In this document: in pieces, positions 31,068 to 41,560 of the stretch
How positions within the stretch are numbered: the first letter of the stretch is position 1
How the letters are laid out: each line of letters starts with the position of its first letter
Assembly: GCA_963665295.1 (NCBI GenBank)
Contig: OY762209.1
Location: forward strand, 3,136,001-3,200,000
DNA length: 64,000 nt
Direction: 5' to 3'
DNA from: Syntrophorhabdaceae bacterium
Lineage (GTDB): Bacteria; Desulfobacterota; Syntrophorhabdia; Syntrophorhabdales; Syntrophorhabdaceae
Notes under the pieces: generated by a model
The model's database searches: none
Seen by the model: only the letters and a program-made list of their open reading frames with translations
Told to the model about the DNA's origin: nothing
Translations under genes and position numbers: made by a program

Positions 31068-31159
31068 CCCCGGAGTAAGGCAGAGCCTGGAGGTACACGA
31101 TTCTTTCATCAACTTCAGGTTTGTGCGTGTTAAGGCAAATCATGAAAGAGGAGGAGAAC

Positions 31160-31996
31160 ATGAGCAGAAAAAGTCTTAGACCGGTAACGGCCATCGTTTT
31201 GGCGATCAGCTTTTTGGCATACTCCCAGTTGGTTCTTTCCGCGGAGGTGACCGGCAGATTGCTGGGAGCGGCGGTGGGTTCTCAGGACGCAGCCATAAAG
31301 ACGTCCCTCGGCACGTGGGTTCCAATCGCAGGCAAAACATATCCGGTGGTGGACGGGGCAGGCTTGAAGACCCAGACCGGCGTTCTGCTTATCGCCATGA
31401 AAGACAGCACGAAGATCAATGTGGGGAAAAAGTCGAGCCTTACAATACATGGGAAGAGCGGCCAATATTCCGTTAAATTGGACTCGGGCGGGATCGTCTT
31501 CGTGCTGCCGGAAAGCGCCGGTTTCACCATAGCTACCCGTACTGCGTCGGTAAGAGTCCAGGCGACAAAGGGGACCGTTCAAAAGGTCCGGGTGAACTCG
31601 CAAAATGACCGGGTTGGTGTCGTGGTGTTTGATGGGACAGGCACGAGAGTATCGTCAATCAATGGAGACTTCATGGTGGTCAACGCAACAGGCCTCACTA
31701 ACCACGCACTTTCAAAGGGCAGTGCGGTTTATGTCGCAGGCGTGGAAGAGGGGTTTGCAGTCAAGAAGGTACAGTTGGCGGAAGAGGATAAGGACGATGC
31801 GGCGGCCGCTACAGGCGGTGTAGTAGCGGGTGGTGCGGCCGCAGGCGGCGCGGCAGCGGCAGGAGGTCTCAGCACGGGTGCCGTACTAGGCATGGTAGCG
31901 GGTGGCGCGGCCCTGGCGGCAGGGGGGATCGCGGCTGCGAATAGTAGCGGCGGCGGCGGTTCCACGCTGGTGCCGGCCAGTCCTTCGACGCCGTAG
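31160..31996 (+). CDS. exported FecR-like beta protein with Gly/Ala-rich C-terminal anchor
   Basis: GAGGAG RBS, signal peptide, beta-strand pattern, acidic linker, then a GA-rich hydrophobic tail. Confidence 0.7.
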   Translation: MSRKSLRPVTAIVLAISFLAYSQLVLSAEVTGRLLGAAVGSQDAAIKTSLGTWVPIAGKTYPVVDGAGLKTQTGVLLIAMKDSTKINVGKKSSLTIHGKSGQYSVKLDSGGIVFVLPESAGFTIATRTASVRVQATKGTVQKVRVNSQNDRVGVVVFDGTGTRVSSINGDFMVVNATGLTNHALSKGSAVYVAGVEEGFAVKKVQLAEEDKDDAAAATGGVVAGGAAAGGAAAAGGLSTGAVLGMVAGGAALAAGGIAAANSSGGGGSTLVPASPSTP

Positions 31997-32024
31997 CAGA
32001 AGATCGTAGAACAGAACGCGGTTC

Positions 32025-33125
32025 ATGGCAGCACGAGAGACGACTGCAACTCTAATGAAAGGCATCCGTGTTATCGCATTCCTGGTTGTATTCGGCTTCC
32101 TCTTGAATGGATGTGGGGGGAACCGCGCCGCAAACGTCCAGTCAATGGATGCGAGTGCGGTAAGGGCGGATTACACTTCCAGGAATGCGGACCGTCTGAA
32201 TAAAGCCTTGCTGAAATCACAAATGATAAAAGGCATCCCATCCGCTGCCGATTATGTGATCGGCCCCGAGGATGCTCTCGATATTGAAGTATTTGATGCA
32301 GAAGAGCTTAAAAGGTCCGTCAGGGTGAACTATCAGGGCTATATCGCGTTGCCCCTCATCGGACAGATGAAGGTTAAAGGGCTCACACCGAGGCAACTGG
32401 AAAAGGAGTTGAGCAACAAGTTTGAGAAATATCTGCAGAATCCCATTATAACAGTTCACGTTAAAGAGTATAAGTCGCAGAAAGTAGGAGTTATGGGTGC
32501 AGTGTCGAGGCCGGACATCTATAGCGTAGTCGGCCAGAAGTATCTCATCGACATGCTTTTTATGGCGGGAGGTCTTAAAGATGCGGGTAAAGGATGTTAT
32601 ATCTTCAGACCTGTGAATAGACAGGACGAGGAGGTCTCGGAAACAGAGACGATCATTATCGACCTCCACGAACTGCTGGAAAAAGGGGACAGGAGTCTCA
32701 ATATCCCTGTGTATGCCGGTGACATAGTCAACGTGCCGCCAGGTGGGGTGATCTTTGTGGACGGCGCGGTCAGAAACAGGGGGATGTACAGACTCGCATC
32801 GAAGACCACGCTTCTCCAAGCTCTCGCAATGGCAGGAGGGATCGCCTTTGTCGGCGACGGTTCGGATATCCAGGTTCTGAGAGACACGGGCGAGGGGACG
32901 AGACAGATGATCGATGCGGATTACGAAGCCGCGAAACTTGATACAAAGAAAGATATGCTTATTCAGGATAACGATATCGTCATAGTGGGAAAAAGCGCCA
33001 TAAAGACAGTCGTCTCTGCTATCGGCAACCTGTTGACGGGTTCGGTCGGTCTTGGCAGCGGTGGTGTGTCGTCGTCGTCTGTGGGCCTGGGAAGAAGCAC
33101 GGTCCCTGCGGCCCAGGGGTGGTAG
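32025..33125 (+). CDS. wza: polysaccharide export lipoprotein (Wza-like, SLBB domains)
   Basis: Lipobox LNGC, DYVIGPEDAL, GYIALPLIG, V.GAV..P repeats. Confidence 0.88.
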   Translation: MAARETTATLMKGIRVIAFLVVFGFLLNGCGGNRAANVQSMDASAVRADYTSRNADRLNKALLKSQMIKGIPSAADYVIGPEDALDIEVFDAEELKRSVRVNYQGYIALPLIGQMKVKGLTPRQLEKELSNKFEKYLQNPIITVHVKEYKSQKVGVMGAVSRPDIYSVVGQKYLIDMLFMAGGLKDAGKGCYIFRPVNRQDEEVSETETIIIDLHELLEKGDRSLNIPVYAGDIVNVPPGGVIFVDGAVRNRGMYRLASKTTLLQALAMAGGIAFVGDGSDIQVLRDTGEGTRQMIDADYEAAKLDTKKDMLIQDNDIVIVGKSAIKTVVSAIGNLLTGSVGLGSGGVSSSSVGLGRSTVPAAQGW

Positions 33126-33272
33126 GGCCTTTGGCCCGACTTTCCGTCCTATAACAGGTATATTGCTATCGGCTATACCCCACACAGTTCATTCAGCTTT
33201 ATTGTGATGATCGCCGCCACTCCGTGATGGACTCCGGAACAGTGCATATGCCGCACCCGAAACATAACTAAA

Positions 33273-35600
33273 ATGAACGAGCTCGAGACAAAAGACACAC
33301 GGGCGGACCTGCAAAGGTTCGAATCTTTTCCTTTTATGAATCCGGAGGAATATGAACAGCAGGAGGAAGGCCGCCATCTCTGGGATTATCTGCATGTGGT
33401 CTTGCGCAGAAAGTGGACGATCATAACCTTCTTCCTTGTCACGGTGGTGACGGTGCTTATCGGAACCTACCTTATTACTCCCGTATATAGGGCTACGGTT
33501 ATCCTCAGAACCGAAACCGGCAACCCCACGGTCATGCTTTTTAAGGACCAGCCCATGGTGTGGCAGCAGGGTGCGAGCGAAGACATTGAAACTCAGTTGA
33601 GAATTTTGAAGAGCAGGATGCTCGCCCGCAGGGTTATACGCGCCATGGGACTTGATAAGGACAAGGACTTTGCGGCCCCCGGGACCGGGCGTTCGGAGGT
33701 TGTCCGTTCAAATCCTGACGATGCAATCGACCCTGCGGCGGTTGAGAGTCTCGTCTCTCAGATCAATGTGGCGGCGGTGCCGAAGACAAAGCTTATCGCG
33801 GTGAACGTTGACAGCCCGAATGCGGAATTTGCCGCGAGGACGGTGAATGAGCTCGCGCGATCTTATATAGGCCTCAATATGGAGGGCAAATTTGAATCGA
33901 CCCAGCAGGCGAGGGACTGGCTTGAAAAGCAGCTGGTCGATCTTAAGGCGAAGGTAGAACGGTCAGAGGAGCAGTTAAACAGGTTTGTGCTGCAGAACAA
34001 GATCATCAGACCTCCCGTGGTTTCCATGGATACCAGCTCACAGGCCCTGGATGGAAAAGGAAGAGGCGGCGTCGGGCCATATGATCGGATGGACGAGCTT
34101 TCTTCGGAACTCTCGAAGGCGACCTCCGACCGGATCAGTAAAGAAATGATCCTGAGAGAGGCAAGGAGCGGAGATGATTTGCCTCTGCAAACCACTACCG
34201 CGAACAATCCTGCAATAGAAGCACTCAGAAAGGAGATTGGCGCGAAAGAAACAGAATATGCGAAGCTCCTCATCACTTATAAGCCTGATTACCCGAGACT
34301 GGTAAAGCTCAACGAAGAAATCTCCGTTTTGAAGAGGCAGGCCGGTCAGGAGGGGAATAAAGCAATTCTTTCCCTGAAAAGGGAATACCAGATTGCCCTT
34401 GAGAAAGAGAACTACCTCAAGGGCCAGATAGAGAAGTACAAGCAGGACTCTTTAGGGTCAAGCGATAAGGCGGTTGAGTATCAGATACTCAAGCGTGATG
34501 CCGACACCAACAAGGAACTATACAATGGGGTCCTGCAGAGGCTGAAAGAAGCGGGCATCTCGGCAAGCATGACGGCGAGTAACATGGTGATACTGGACAA
34601 GGCCGATGTACCGAAACAACCATATAAACCGGACAAGAAGAAGAACATGCTCTTTGCCCTCCTTGTGGGGACACTGGGGGGGCTCGGCCTCGCCTTCTTC
34701 ATCGAGTACCTCGATAACACGGTCAAGAGCCCCGACGATGTTGAAAAGACAGTGCTCCTATCTTCCCTGGGACTCGTACCGCATATACCTATGCTCGCCA
34801 AGGGCGAGGTGAAGCCGATGATTGCCAATCCCTCGAGGAGGTCAAAAGAGAGCTCCCTTGTAGAGGCTTACAGGTCGATAGTCACCTACATCCAGTTCTC
34901 ATCTCCCGTGAGGCCGCCAAAGACAATCCTTCTTACCTCGGCGAGGGCCGGCGAGGGGAAGACGACCTCGAGCATCAACCTCGCTACAACCTTCGCCAAT
35001 AGCCAGGGGCGCGGAATAGTTGTCGACTGCGATCTCAGAAAGCCGCAACTTCACAAAGTATTTGGAATGGATAATGCCCACGGCCTTTCTTCATATCTCA
35101 CAGGGCACGCCGAGATCGACGCCGACGGCTTCGTCCAGGAGACAAAGGTCAACAATCTGAGTGTGATCACTGCAGGCATCATCCCCCCGAATCCCTCCGA
35201 GCTTCTGAGTTCTATAAGAATGAAGAACCTCCTGGAGGAACTGTTCAGGAGATATGAGTTTGTGATCCTTGACGCACCTCCTATTCTCGGTCTTTCGGAT
35301 AGCCTTATACTGAGCACTCTCACGGACGGAGTCATACTGGTGGTGAGGGCCGGGGGCACCCCCAAGGAATCGGTGAGTCAGGCAAAGAAGCTTCTGAGGG
35401 GAGTGAACGGCAGGATACTGGGCGTAATACTGAATGGGGTCAGGGAATCCGACCTGCGTTACAGCTCTTACTCTTATTATTACTCTTACTATTACTCTTA
35501 CCAGGACTCCGAGGATGGTCATGGCAAGAGGAAGCGAGGAAAACACAGGGAGAAGAAACTTGTTCGCGACGACGCCGAGAAAGAGGAAGATATCATATGA
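33273..35600 (+). CDS. wzc: polysaccharide co-polymerase / BY-kinase
   Basis: Two TM segments, EAYRS, GEGKTT, DCDLRKP, PPNPSELL and a C-terminal Tyr cluster YSSYSYYYSYYYSY. Confidence 0.95.
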   Translation: MNELETKDTRADLQRFESFPFMNPEEYEQQEEGRHLWDYLHVVLRRKWTIITFFLVTVVTVLIGTYLITPVYRATVILRTETGNPTVMLFKDQPMVWQQGASEDIETQLRILKSRMLARRVIRAMGLDKDKDFAAPGTGRSEVVRSNPDDAIDPAAVESLVSQINVAAVPKTKLIAVNVDSPNAEFAARTVNELARSYIGLNMEGKFESTQQARDWLEKQLVDLKAKVERSEEQLNRFVLQNKIIRPPVVSMDTSSQALDGKGRGGVGPYDRMDELSSELSKATSDRISKEMILREARSGDDLPLQTTTANNPAIEALRKEIGAKETEYAKLLITYKPDYPRLVKLNEEISVLKRQAGQEGNKAILSLKREYQIALEKENYLKGQIEKYKQDSLGSSDKAVEYQILKRDADTNKELYNGVLQRLKEAGISASMTASNMVILDKADVPKQPYKPDKKKNMLFALLVGTLGGLGLAFFIEYLDNTVKSPDDVEKTVLLSSLGLVPHIPMLAKGEVKPMIANPSRRSKESSLVEAYRSIVTYIQFSSPVRPPKTILLTSARAGEGKTTSSINLATTFANSQGRGIVVDCDLRKPQLHKVFGMDNAHGLSSYLTGHAEIDADGFVQETKVNNLSVITAGIIPPNPSELLSSIRMKNLLEELFRRYEFVILDAPPILGLSDSLILSTLTDGVILVVRAGGTPKESVSQAKKLLRGVNGRILGVILNGVRESDLRYSSYSYYYSYYYSYQDSEDGHGKRKRGKHREKKLVRDDAEKEEDII

Positions 35601-36862
35601 GAAACAGGTGTAAATTCGCGGCCATCGCCATTGCAGGTCTCCTCGTCATCTTTCTGGCGCGTCCCGTGGTATCTCAACTTCTCGCACCCAAAGATCCGAC
35701 AAAGGAGAAGAGGCTTCGCTGGGCGTCGGCAATTGCGGGAGAGGACGGAAAATACGACTATACCCTTGGTTTGGTGTCTTACGCGGTGCATGATAGAGAA
35801 TCGCTGGTAAAAGCGATCGGGAAATACCGGATGAGCCTCAGGAAGAACCCTACCGACGGGAGGGTATGGTTGGCCCTTGCAAAAGCCTATAACGACCTCG
35901 ATATGACGGGCTACGCGGAATATGCATTCAAGAAAGCTGCTTACACGGGACGGGGCGACCGGGGTATCCAATGGGAGGCGGGCGTCTTTCTGCTTCTCGA
36001 GGGCAAAGCGCCTGATGCGGTCCTTGCCTTCAAGCAGTATATGCGTCTCGTCCCGAGTGACCAGGGGGTAGTCTACTCGCTTTTTTACACGGTGGGGTTC
36101 GAGCCTACGTTTATACTCGATTCGCTGGTTCAAAAGGAGTACCGATCCTACCGGGAGTACCTTGGCTTTCTCATGGCGAACGGTTGCGTTCCCGAGTCCG
36201 TGGAGACATGGAAGAGAATGGATGCATGGAGTCGGTCGAGGGCGGATTATATCGCCTACACAAACTTCCTGATAGACAAGGGGAACACGGAAAGGGCCCA
36301 CGAACTCTGGGGGGAATATACGAAGAACTTCGGTCTTTTGGATAGCAGTCACTCGCCCACCAACATCCTATGGAACGGAGGATTCGAGTTGCCCGTCCAG
36401 GACGGCGGGTTCGACTGGAGGATAGGGAAAGCCGATGGAGTGAGGGTGTTTATAGACAGCGATATGAAGAAGATCGGACAAGCCGCACTCAGCGCGCAGT
36501 TTTCGGGGAAGGCAAATCCCGAAGTGTACCTGGCGAAGCAGATAGTGCTGGTCGAACCGGATACGAAATATTCGTTGAAGGGCCGAATCCTTACCGATAA
36601 TCTGACCACTACGAACGGGATCGTGTTTGAGGCAAGAAGCTACCTGTGCGACGATTTCACTCAGAAGACCGAGCCTGTGACCGGTTCGACACTCTGGAAG
36701 GACGTGGGAACGGAATTTACGACGCCTGCGCGGTGCAAACTGATAACAGTGGGCGTAAAGCGTGAAAAGTCCACCAAATTTGACAATAGAATCAGCGGTG
36801 ACGCATGGATCGATCTGGTTTCACTGATCCCGTCAAAGAAAGAATCCACAAAAACGCGCTGA
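35597..36862 (+). CDS. TPR-like protein with C-terminal carbohydrate-binding-like domain
   Basis: Helical repeats then NILWNGGFE...FDW...WID jelly-roll signature. Confidence 0.7.
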   Translation: MRNRCKFAAIAIAGLLVIFLARPVVSQLLAPKDPTKEKRLRWASAIAGEDGKYDYTLGLVSYAVHDRESLVKAIGKYRMSLRKNPTDGRVWLALAKAYNDLDMTGYAEYAFKKAAYTGRGDRGIQWEAGVFLLLEGKAPDAVLAFKQYMRLVPSDQGVVYSLFYTVGFEPTFILDSLVQKEYRSYREYLGFLMANGCVPESVETWKRMDAWSRSRADYIAYTNFLIDKGNTERAHELWGEYTKNFGLLDSSHSPTNILWNGGFELPVQDGGFDWRIGKADGVRVFIDSDMKKIGQAALSAQFSGKANPEVYLAKQIVLVEPDTKYSLKGRILTDNLTTTNGIVFEARSYLCDDFTQKTEPVTGSTLWKDVGTEFTTPARCKLITVGVKREKSTKFDNRISGDAWIDLVSLIPSKKESTKTR

Positions 36863-38166
36863 ACGTTCTGAAGCAATGGAATGATAAGAGCGTTCCGGAA
36901 GAGAAACGCATCATACAGCTCATCATGTACGCCGACCCATTGATAAGTATCCTGAATGAGACCGTTGAAGGCGGAGGTTCGGCAGACGGTGCAGGTCCTG
37001 CCGACCTTGGGCCGCGTATAAGGGCAGTTTTCAAAAATATGCACCTCAATAAAAGAAATGACTACTACGTGGCGCTTCTGCTTTTTCCGAACGCTTCGCA
37101 GTCTGCGATCAACAAACGGTTCAAAGCCCTGATACGTCTCTATCACCCCGATCTGCACTCCGCGGGAAACGCGGATGATCTCGCCTGTGCGAAGAAAATA
37201 ACCGAGGCGTATAATGGTCTCAAGGACCCTGTCCGGAAGGAAGAGTATGGGAGAAGACTGATTCACAGGGCATTCACTATGACCAGGGGAGGCCATGTAC
37301 GGTTTCAGCGGAGGAACATCATCCTCAGGGTGATAGTGCCTTCGGCAACGGTATTCTGCATTTTCTTTGCAGGGGCCTTCTTGCTTACGGGAGAAAGAAA
37401 GGAGGCATACGTGCTTGAGAACGTACTTGCCACGCGCCCCCACGGAGACAGAGCATCGGCGGGTGATTTGGAGCAAAGTGCGGAAGGGAGACCGGCATAC
37501 CCGTTGACTACACGAGAATCCGATACCCCGATTCCCCCAACAACGCCTGAGCGGGGAATGGCGTCGGACCCGAAAAGGCCTCCCGCCCGGCACGGGGTAA
37601 TATCCAGACCCGGGTCAGGTTTGCAGACGAAGTCCGGGGTCGCGGCACGGAAGGCTTCTTCATCTCCAGCGCCCGTCCGCGCGGTAACAACGCCCCGGGA
37701 GGTGAGCAAGGAAAGTCTCCCGGGGGTCGTAGCGCATGCCGGAGGTCCCGCCGGAGAACAAGCGTTGGGATCGGTCACTGAGACAAAGGGCAACAAGGCA
37801 TCTCAAGCTAACGACTTCACAAAGGACGCGGCTGCTTTTGTGCAACAATACATCCGCACTTACGAAGAGGGCGATATCAACAGATTCCTGGGTTTTTATT
37901 CAACGTCGGTAATCGAGAACAACAGACTGGACTATAATGCCGTCAGAAAGGCATACACACAGAATTTCGAGAACAACAGGTACAGATACGATCTGAGAAA
38001 CATGCGGTACGAGAACAAGGGGGAATACCTGCGCATCAGCGGCATTTACACCATCACGAAACTTAAAGGCTCCAGCCTTGGGCCCGTCCGCGGAAACATC
38101 GCGTGGACGCTCAGAAGGGAGGATGGCGGCCTCAAGATTGTGAAGGTCGACTACAGACGGTTTTAG
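36805..38166 (+). CDS. membrane-anchored J-domain protein with C-terminal NTF2-like domain (start uncertain)
   Basis: DYYVAL...YHPD...ITEAYNGLKDP J-domain, TM helix, P/S/A-rich linker, FVQQYIRTYEEGDI..FLGFYS. Confidence 0.75.
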   Translation: MDRSGFTDPVKERIHKNALNVLKQWNDKSVPEEKRIIQLIMYADPLISILNETVEGGGSADGAGPADLGPRIRAVFKNMHLNKRNDYYVALLLFPNASQSAINKRFKALIRLYHPDLHSAGNADDLACAKKITEAYNGLKDPVRKEEYGRRLIHRAFTMTRGGHVRFQRRNIILRVIVPSATVFCIFFAGAFLLTGERKEAYVLENVLATRPHGDRASAGDLEQSAEGRPAYPLTTRESDTPIPPTTPERGMASDPKRPPARHGVISRPGSGLQTKSGVAARKASSSPAPVRAVTTPREVSKESLPGVVAHAGGPAGEQALGSVTETKGNKASQANDFTKDAAAFVQQYIRTYEEGDINRFLGFYSTSVIENNRLDYNAVRKAYTQNFENNRYRYDLRNMRYENKGEYLRISGIYTITKLKGSSLGPVRGNIAWTLRREDGGLKIVKVDYRRF

Positions 38167-38172
38167 GACAAT

Positions 38173-38907
38173 ATGACGGACCATACGCCACCCACAGGAT
38201 TCATCGACCTTCACTGTCACATACTTCCCGGGATGGACGACGGTCCGGAGGACATGGACGAATCCGCTGAGATGGCGGCCCTGGCAAAGGATGACGGAAT
38301 ATCCCACATATTTGCAACACCCCATATCCTGCCTGGTGTCTTCGAAAATGACTCCCGGAAGATAATGGAGGCTTGGGGCGTTTTCAGGAAGAGTATTCCG
38401 AATAATGTCTCCATCCTGTATGGGGCCGATGTGAGGATTACCTCGGATATGGCGGATCGCCTGGCCAGGAATGAAATCCCGACACTCAACGGCTCGCCCT
38501 ACCTGCTGATTGAACTGCCGTCGTATGCGATGCCCCTTAATTGTGGGCATCTTATCTATACCTTGAAGTGCCGTGGCACCATTCCCATCCTCACCCATCC
38601 CGAACGTTATCCTTACATTGCCGGGAAGATAGCGTACTTGAGAGATCTGAGGAGTGAGGGCGCCCTTTGCCAGGTGACGGCCCAGAGCATCACCGGAGAC
38701 TTCGGGAAAGACGTGAAGAAAAGTGTGCTCACCATGATTGAAAAGGGGCTTGTCGATTTTGTCGCCACTGACGCCCATGGAACGCATAACAGGCCTCCTA
38801 TCCTCTCCAAAGCTTTCCGGGAGGTCATCCGCCAATTCGATGCGGGTACCGCCAAGCGGCTGTTTTACTCCAATCCGCAGGAAATACTGAACTCCATACC
38901 TTTGTAG
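38173..38907 (+). CDS. CpsB/CapC-family PHP tyrosine phosphatase
   Basis: IDLHCHILPGMDDG, ATPH, THPER, ATDAH. Confidence 0.93.
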   Translation: MTDHTPPTGFIDLHCHILPGMDDGPEDMDESAEMAALAKDDGISHIFATPHILPGVFENDSRKIMEAWGVFRKSIPNNVSILYGADVRITSDMADRLARNEIPTLNGSPYLLIELPSYAMPLNCGHLIYTLKCRGTIPILTHPERYPYIAGKIAYLRDLRSEGALCQVTAQSITGDFGKDVKKSVLTMIEKGLVDFVATDAHGTHNRPPILSKAFREVIRQFDAGTAKRLFYSNPQEILNSIPL

Positions 38908-38921
38908 TCTCTCGACCGATT

Positions 38922-40256
38922 ATGTTCAAGCTCTCTTACCTTCTCCTCGCCATAGCCATTCTCTCTGCCCTCCTGTTCGGGTCCGTCGAGGTATGGTCTA
39001 TCGCGTTCATCGGCTTGCTGACAGCGGTTGTCTTCATAAGTTTCGTGAAACGGTTCCCCGGCCTGGCGGAAGAGGATACGGCATCGAAGCACATAACCTT
39101 TTCCATAATACTTATTTTTGCTTACGGGATTCTGCAGCTTATTCCTTTGCCTGTCTCCATTTTGAATATGGTCCATCCGAAAGTCGCGTACCTTTTCTCG
39201 CTTCCACCTTCATTGCAGAATCCTGTTCCTGCAGTGCACGCGGCCACGCTCGTAATCCCGCCCACCTTCCATGCCGTCTCCGTCTATCCTTTTGCTACGG
39301 AGCAGGAGGTTGCAAGGATTGTAATCTACCTCATGGTCTTTTGCTGCGCCGCATTCGGACTTGAGAGCAAGAAGGACGTTTACTCGGTCCTTAAGACACT
39401 TGCGGTGTTCGGTTTCATACTGTGTCTCTTCGGCCTGATCCAGAAGACGGCGTGGAATGGTAAGATATACTGGTTCAGGACCCTGAGCAACCCCAGGTCA
39501 ATGCCTTTCGCATCTTTCGTAAATAAGAACGATTTTGCGGGCTGGATCAATATGATAATTCCCATATCTCTCGGCATCGGCCTTATGGCGAAGACAATCC
39601 ATAAGAAGGTGCGTTACCTGTTCTTTGCCGTCGCCATGTCGGTGATCCTCTTTTACAGTCTTTCCCGGGGCGGCGTAATATCCTTTTTCGCCGGAATATT
39701 CGCATTCGCATGTATGGCCCTTCACAGCAAGGTTTCCAAAAAGAAGCTCATTCCTTTCTTTCTCTTTATCGTCGCACTGTCGATCTTCCTCATCTATGTA
39801 GGTGTATCGCCGATCCTCCACAGGTTCGCCAACGTCGACATATCCACGGAAGAGCGGATCATAGTCTGGAAGGCCACCTTCGGCGCCTTCACCGATTTCT
39901 CGGTGTTCGGGAGCGGACTCGGCACATTTTCCCACATATTCAGCATGTATCACCCGCCCACATGGTGGTACTATGACTATGCCCACAACGACTATCTTCA
40001 GTTCCTTCTTGAAGCGGGGATTGCAGGGGCAATAGTGTTCGGCATGTTCTTATTTCTTGTGGCCCGTACGACCTTCACGAGCGAGTGGACAGAACGTGAG
40101 TCATACCTGAAGGCAGGGCTCGTAGCATCGGTGACGACACTCGCCGTACACAGCATTTTTGATTTCAATCTCCATATACCGTCAAACGCCATACTTTTCT
40201 CCCTCATCCTCGGTCTGGCGGTAGCCCTGAGCAGGCTGAACACTGATTTCGAGTGA
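38922..40256 (+). CDS. O-antigen ligase / Wzy_C-family membrane protein
   Basis: Many TM helices, SLSRGG, GSGLGTF, AHNDYLQ, HSIFDFNL. Confidence 0.88.
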   Translation: MFKLSYLLLAIAILSALLFGSVEVWSIAFIGLLTAVVFISFVKRFPGLAEEDTASKHITFSIILIFAYGILQLIPLPVSILNMVHPKVAYLFSLPPSLQNPVPAVHAATLVIPPTFHAVSVYPFATEQEVARIVIYLMVFCCAAFGLESKKDVYSVLKTLAVFGFILCLFGLIQKTAWNGKIYWFRTLSNPRSMPFASFVNKNDFAGWINMIIPISLGIGLMAKTIHKKVRYLFFAVAMSVILFYSLSRGGVISFFAGIFAFACMALHSKVSKKKLIPFFLFIVALSIFLIYVGVSPILHRFANVDISTEERIIVWKATFGAFTDFSVFGSGLGTFSHIFSMYHPPTWWYYDYAHNDYLQFLLEAGIAGAIVFGMFLFLVARTTFTSEWTERESYLKAGLVASVTTLAVHSIFDFNLHIPSNAILFSLILGLAVALSRLNTDFE

Positions 40257-40261
40257 CTTTC

Positions 40262-41449
40262 ATGCTTAAGATTCTCTCCATATTCGGTACCCGGCCCGAG
40301 GCGATCAAAATGGCGCCCGTGATAAAAGAACTGGCCCATTATCCGGACGAATTTCAAAGCCTGGTGTGCGTCACCGCACAGCACAGGCAGATGCTCGACC
40401 AGGTGCTCGATATCTTCGATATCAGACCGGACTTTGATCTCAACCTCATGGAGAAAAACCAGACCCTTCCGGGCCTCACCGCGAAAGTAATGACGTCCCT
40501 TCAACCACTGTTTGACGATGTCGCTCCCGACTGGGTTCTCGTGCAGGGCGACACGACGACGGTCATGACCGCGAGCCTTGCGGCCTTCTACAGGAATATA
40601 AAAGTAGGCCACGTAGAAGCCGGTCTTCGCACCCATGATAAACATGCCCCCTTCCCGGAGGAGATGAACCGGCGCATCGCATCCGTCCTGGCGGACCTTC
40701 ATTTTGCGCCCACCAATACATCCCGGAGCGCCTTGCTCTCTGAGGGTATCTCCGACGAGCGCATCGCGGTCACCGGAAATACCGTGATCGATGCCCTTCT
40801 CATGACCGTGGGGAACATCCAGTTGGATGGCTCATGGACGCGGCTTTCCCGCTATTTTTCCGAATTGATGCCCGGTCTGCGTGCTCTTTTTGATGCCCCC
40901 CTCTCGCGTTCCTCATCCCTCGCCCCCCGCCTTTTGCTGGTTACCGGGCACCGCCGCGAGAGTTTCGGGAAGCCCTTTGAAGAGATATGCCTTGCTCTTA
41001 GAGAGATTGCTTCGGTCTTTCCCGACGTCCATATTATATACCCGGTTCATCTGAACCCAAACGTGCGTGAGCCGGTATTCCGTATACTCGGTGATATGGG
41101 GCGCGTTCACCTTATAGGGCCGCTCCCGTATGTCCCCTTTGTCTACCTTATGATCAAGTCCCACGCAATCCTTACGGACTCGGGCGGAATCCAGGAAGAA
41201 GCCCCGTTACTCGGCAAGCCGGTTCTTGTCATGCGGGAGGTTACGGAACGGCCTGAAGGCGTCGAAGCCGGCTGCTCGGCCCTGGTGGGCACATCGAGGG
41301 AATCCATCGTGGGCCATACAAAGATGCTCCTCACGGACGAGGCTCTTTACGGGAGAATGGCTCACGCCCGGAACCCTTACGGCGACGGCCATGCTGCGGA
41401 GAAGATAGTAGGCAAATTGACGGAATTCGGGAAAAAAGCGCATGAGTGA
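40262..41449 (+). CDS. wecB: UDP-N-acetylglucosamine 2-epimerase (non-hydrolysing)
   Basis: GTRPEAIKMAP, VQGDTTT, HVEAGLRT, TDSGGIQEEAP, NPYGDG. Confidence 0.96.
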   Translation: MLKILSIFGTRPEAIKMAPVIKELAHYPDEFQSLVCVTAQHRQMLDQVLDIFDIRPDFDLNLMEKNQTLPGLTAKVMTSLQPLFDDVAPDWVLVQGDTTTVMTASLAAFYRNIKVGHVEAGLRTHDKHAPFPEEMNRRIASVLADLHFAPTNTSRSALLSEGISDERIAVTGNTVIDALLMTVGNIQLDGSWTRLSRYFSELMPGLRALFDAPLSRSSSLAPRLLLVTGHRRESFGKPFEEICLALREIASVFPDVHIIYPVHLNPNVREPVFRILGDMGRVHLIGPLPYVPFVYLMIKSHAILTDSGGIQEEAPLLGKPVLVMREVTERPEGVEAGCSALVGTSRESIVGHTKMLLTDEALYGRMAHARNPYGDGHAAEKIVGKLTEFGKKAHE

Positions 41450-41560
41450 AAGGCAGGGAGAAGAGGGAAAAGAGGAGTCGGGCTGGAGGCCACGGGGAAG
41501 GGACGGGAGACAGTTCCTCGATCTTCGCCTCTCTCACAAACCAGAAGGAGTGTCCCGGAG

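Noticed and set aside
35459..35502. TACTCTTA(T/C)TAT tandem repeats as a VNTR or CRISPR-like array
   Set aside because: Simply encodes the Wzc tyrosine cluster.
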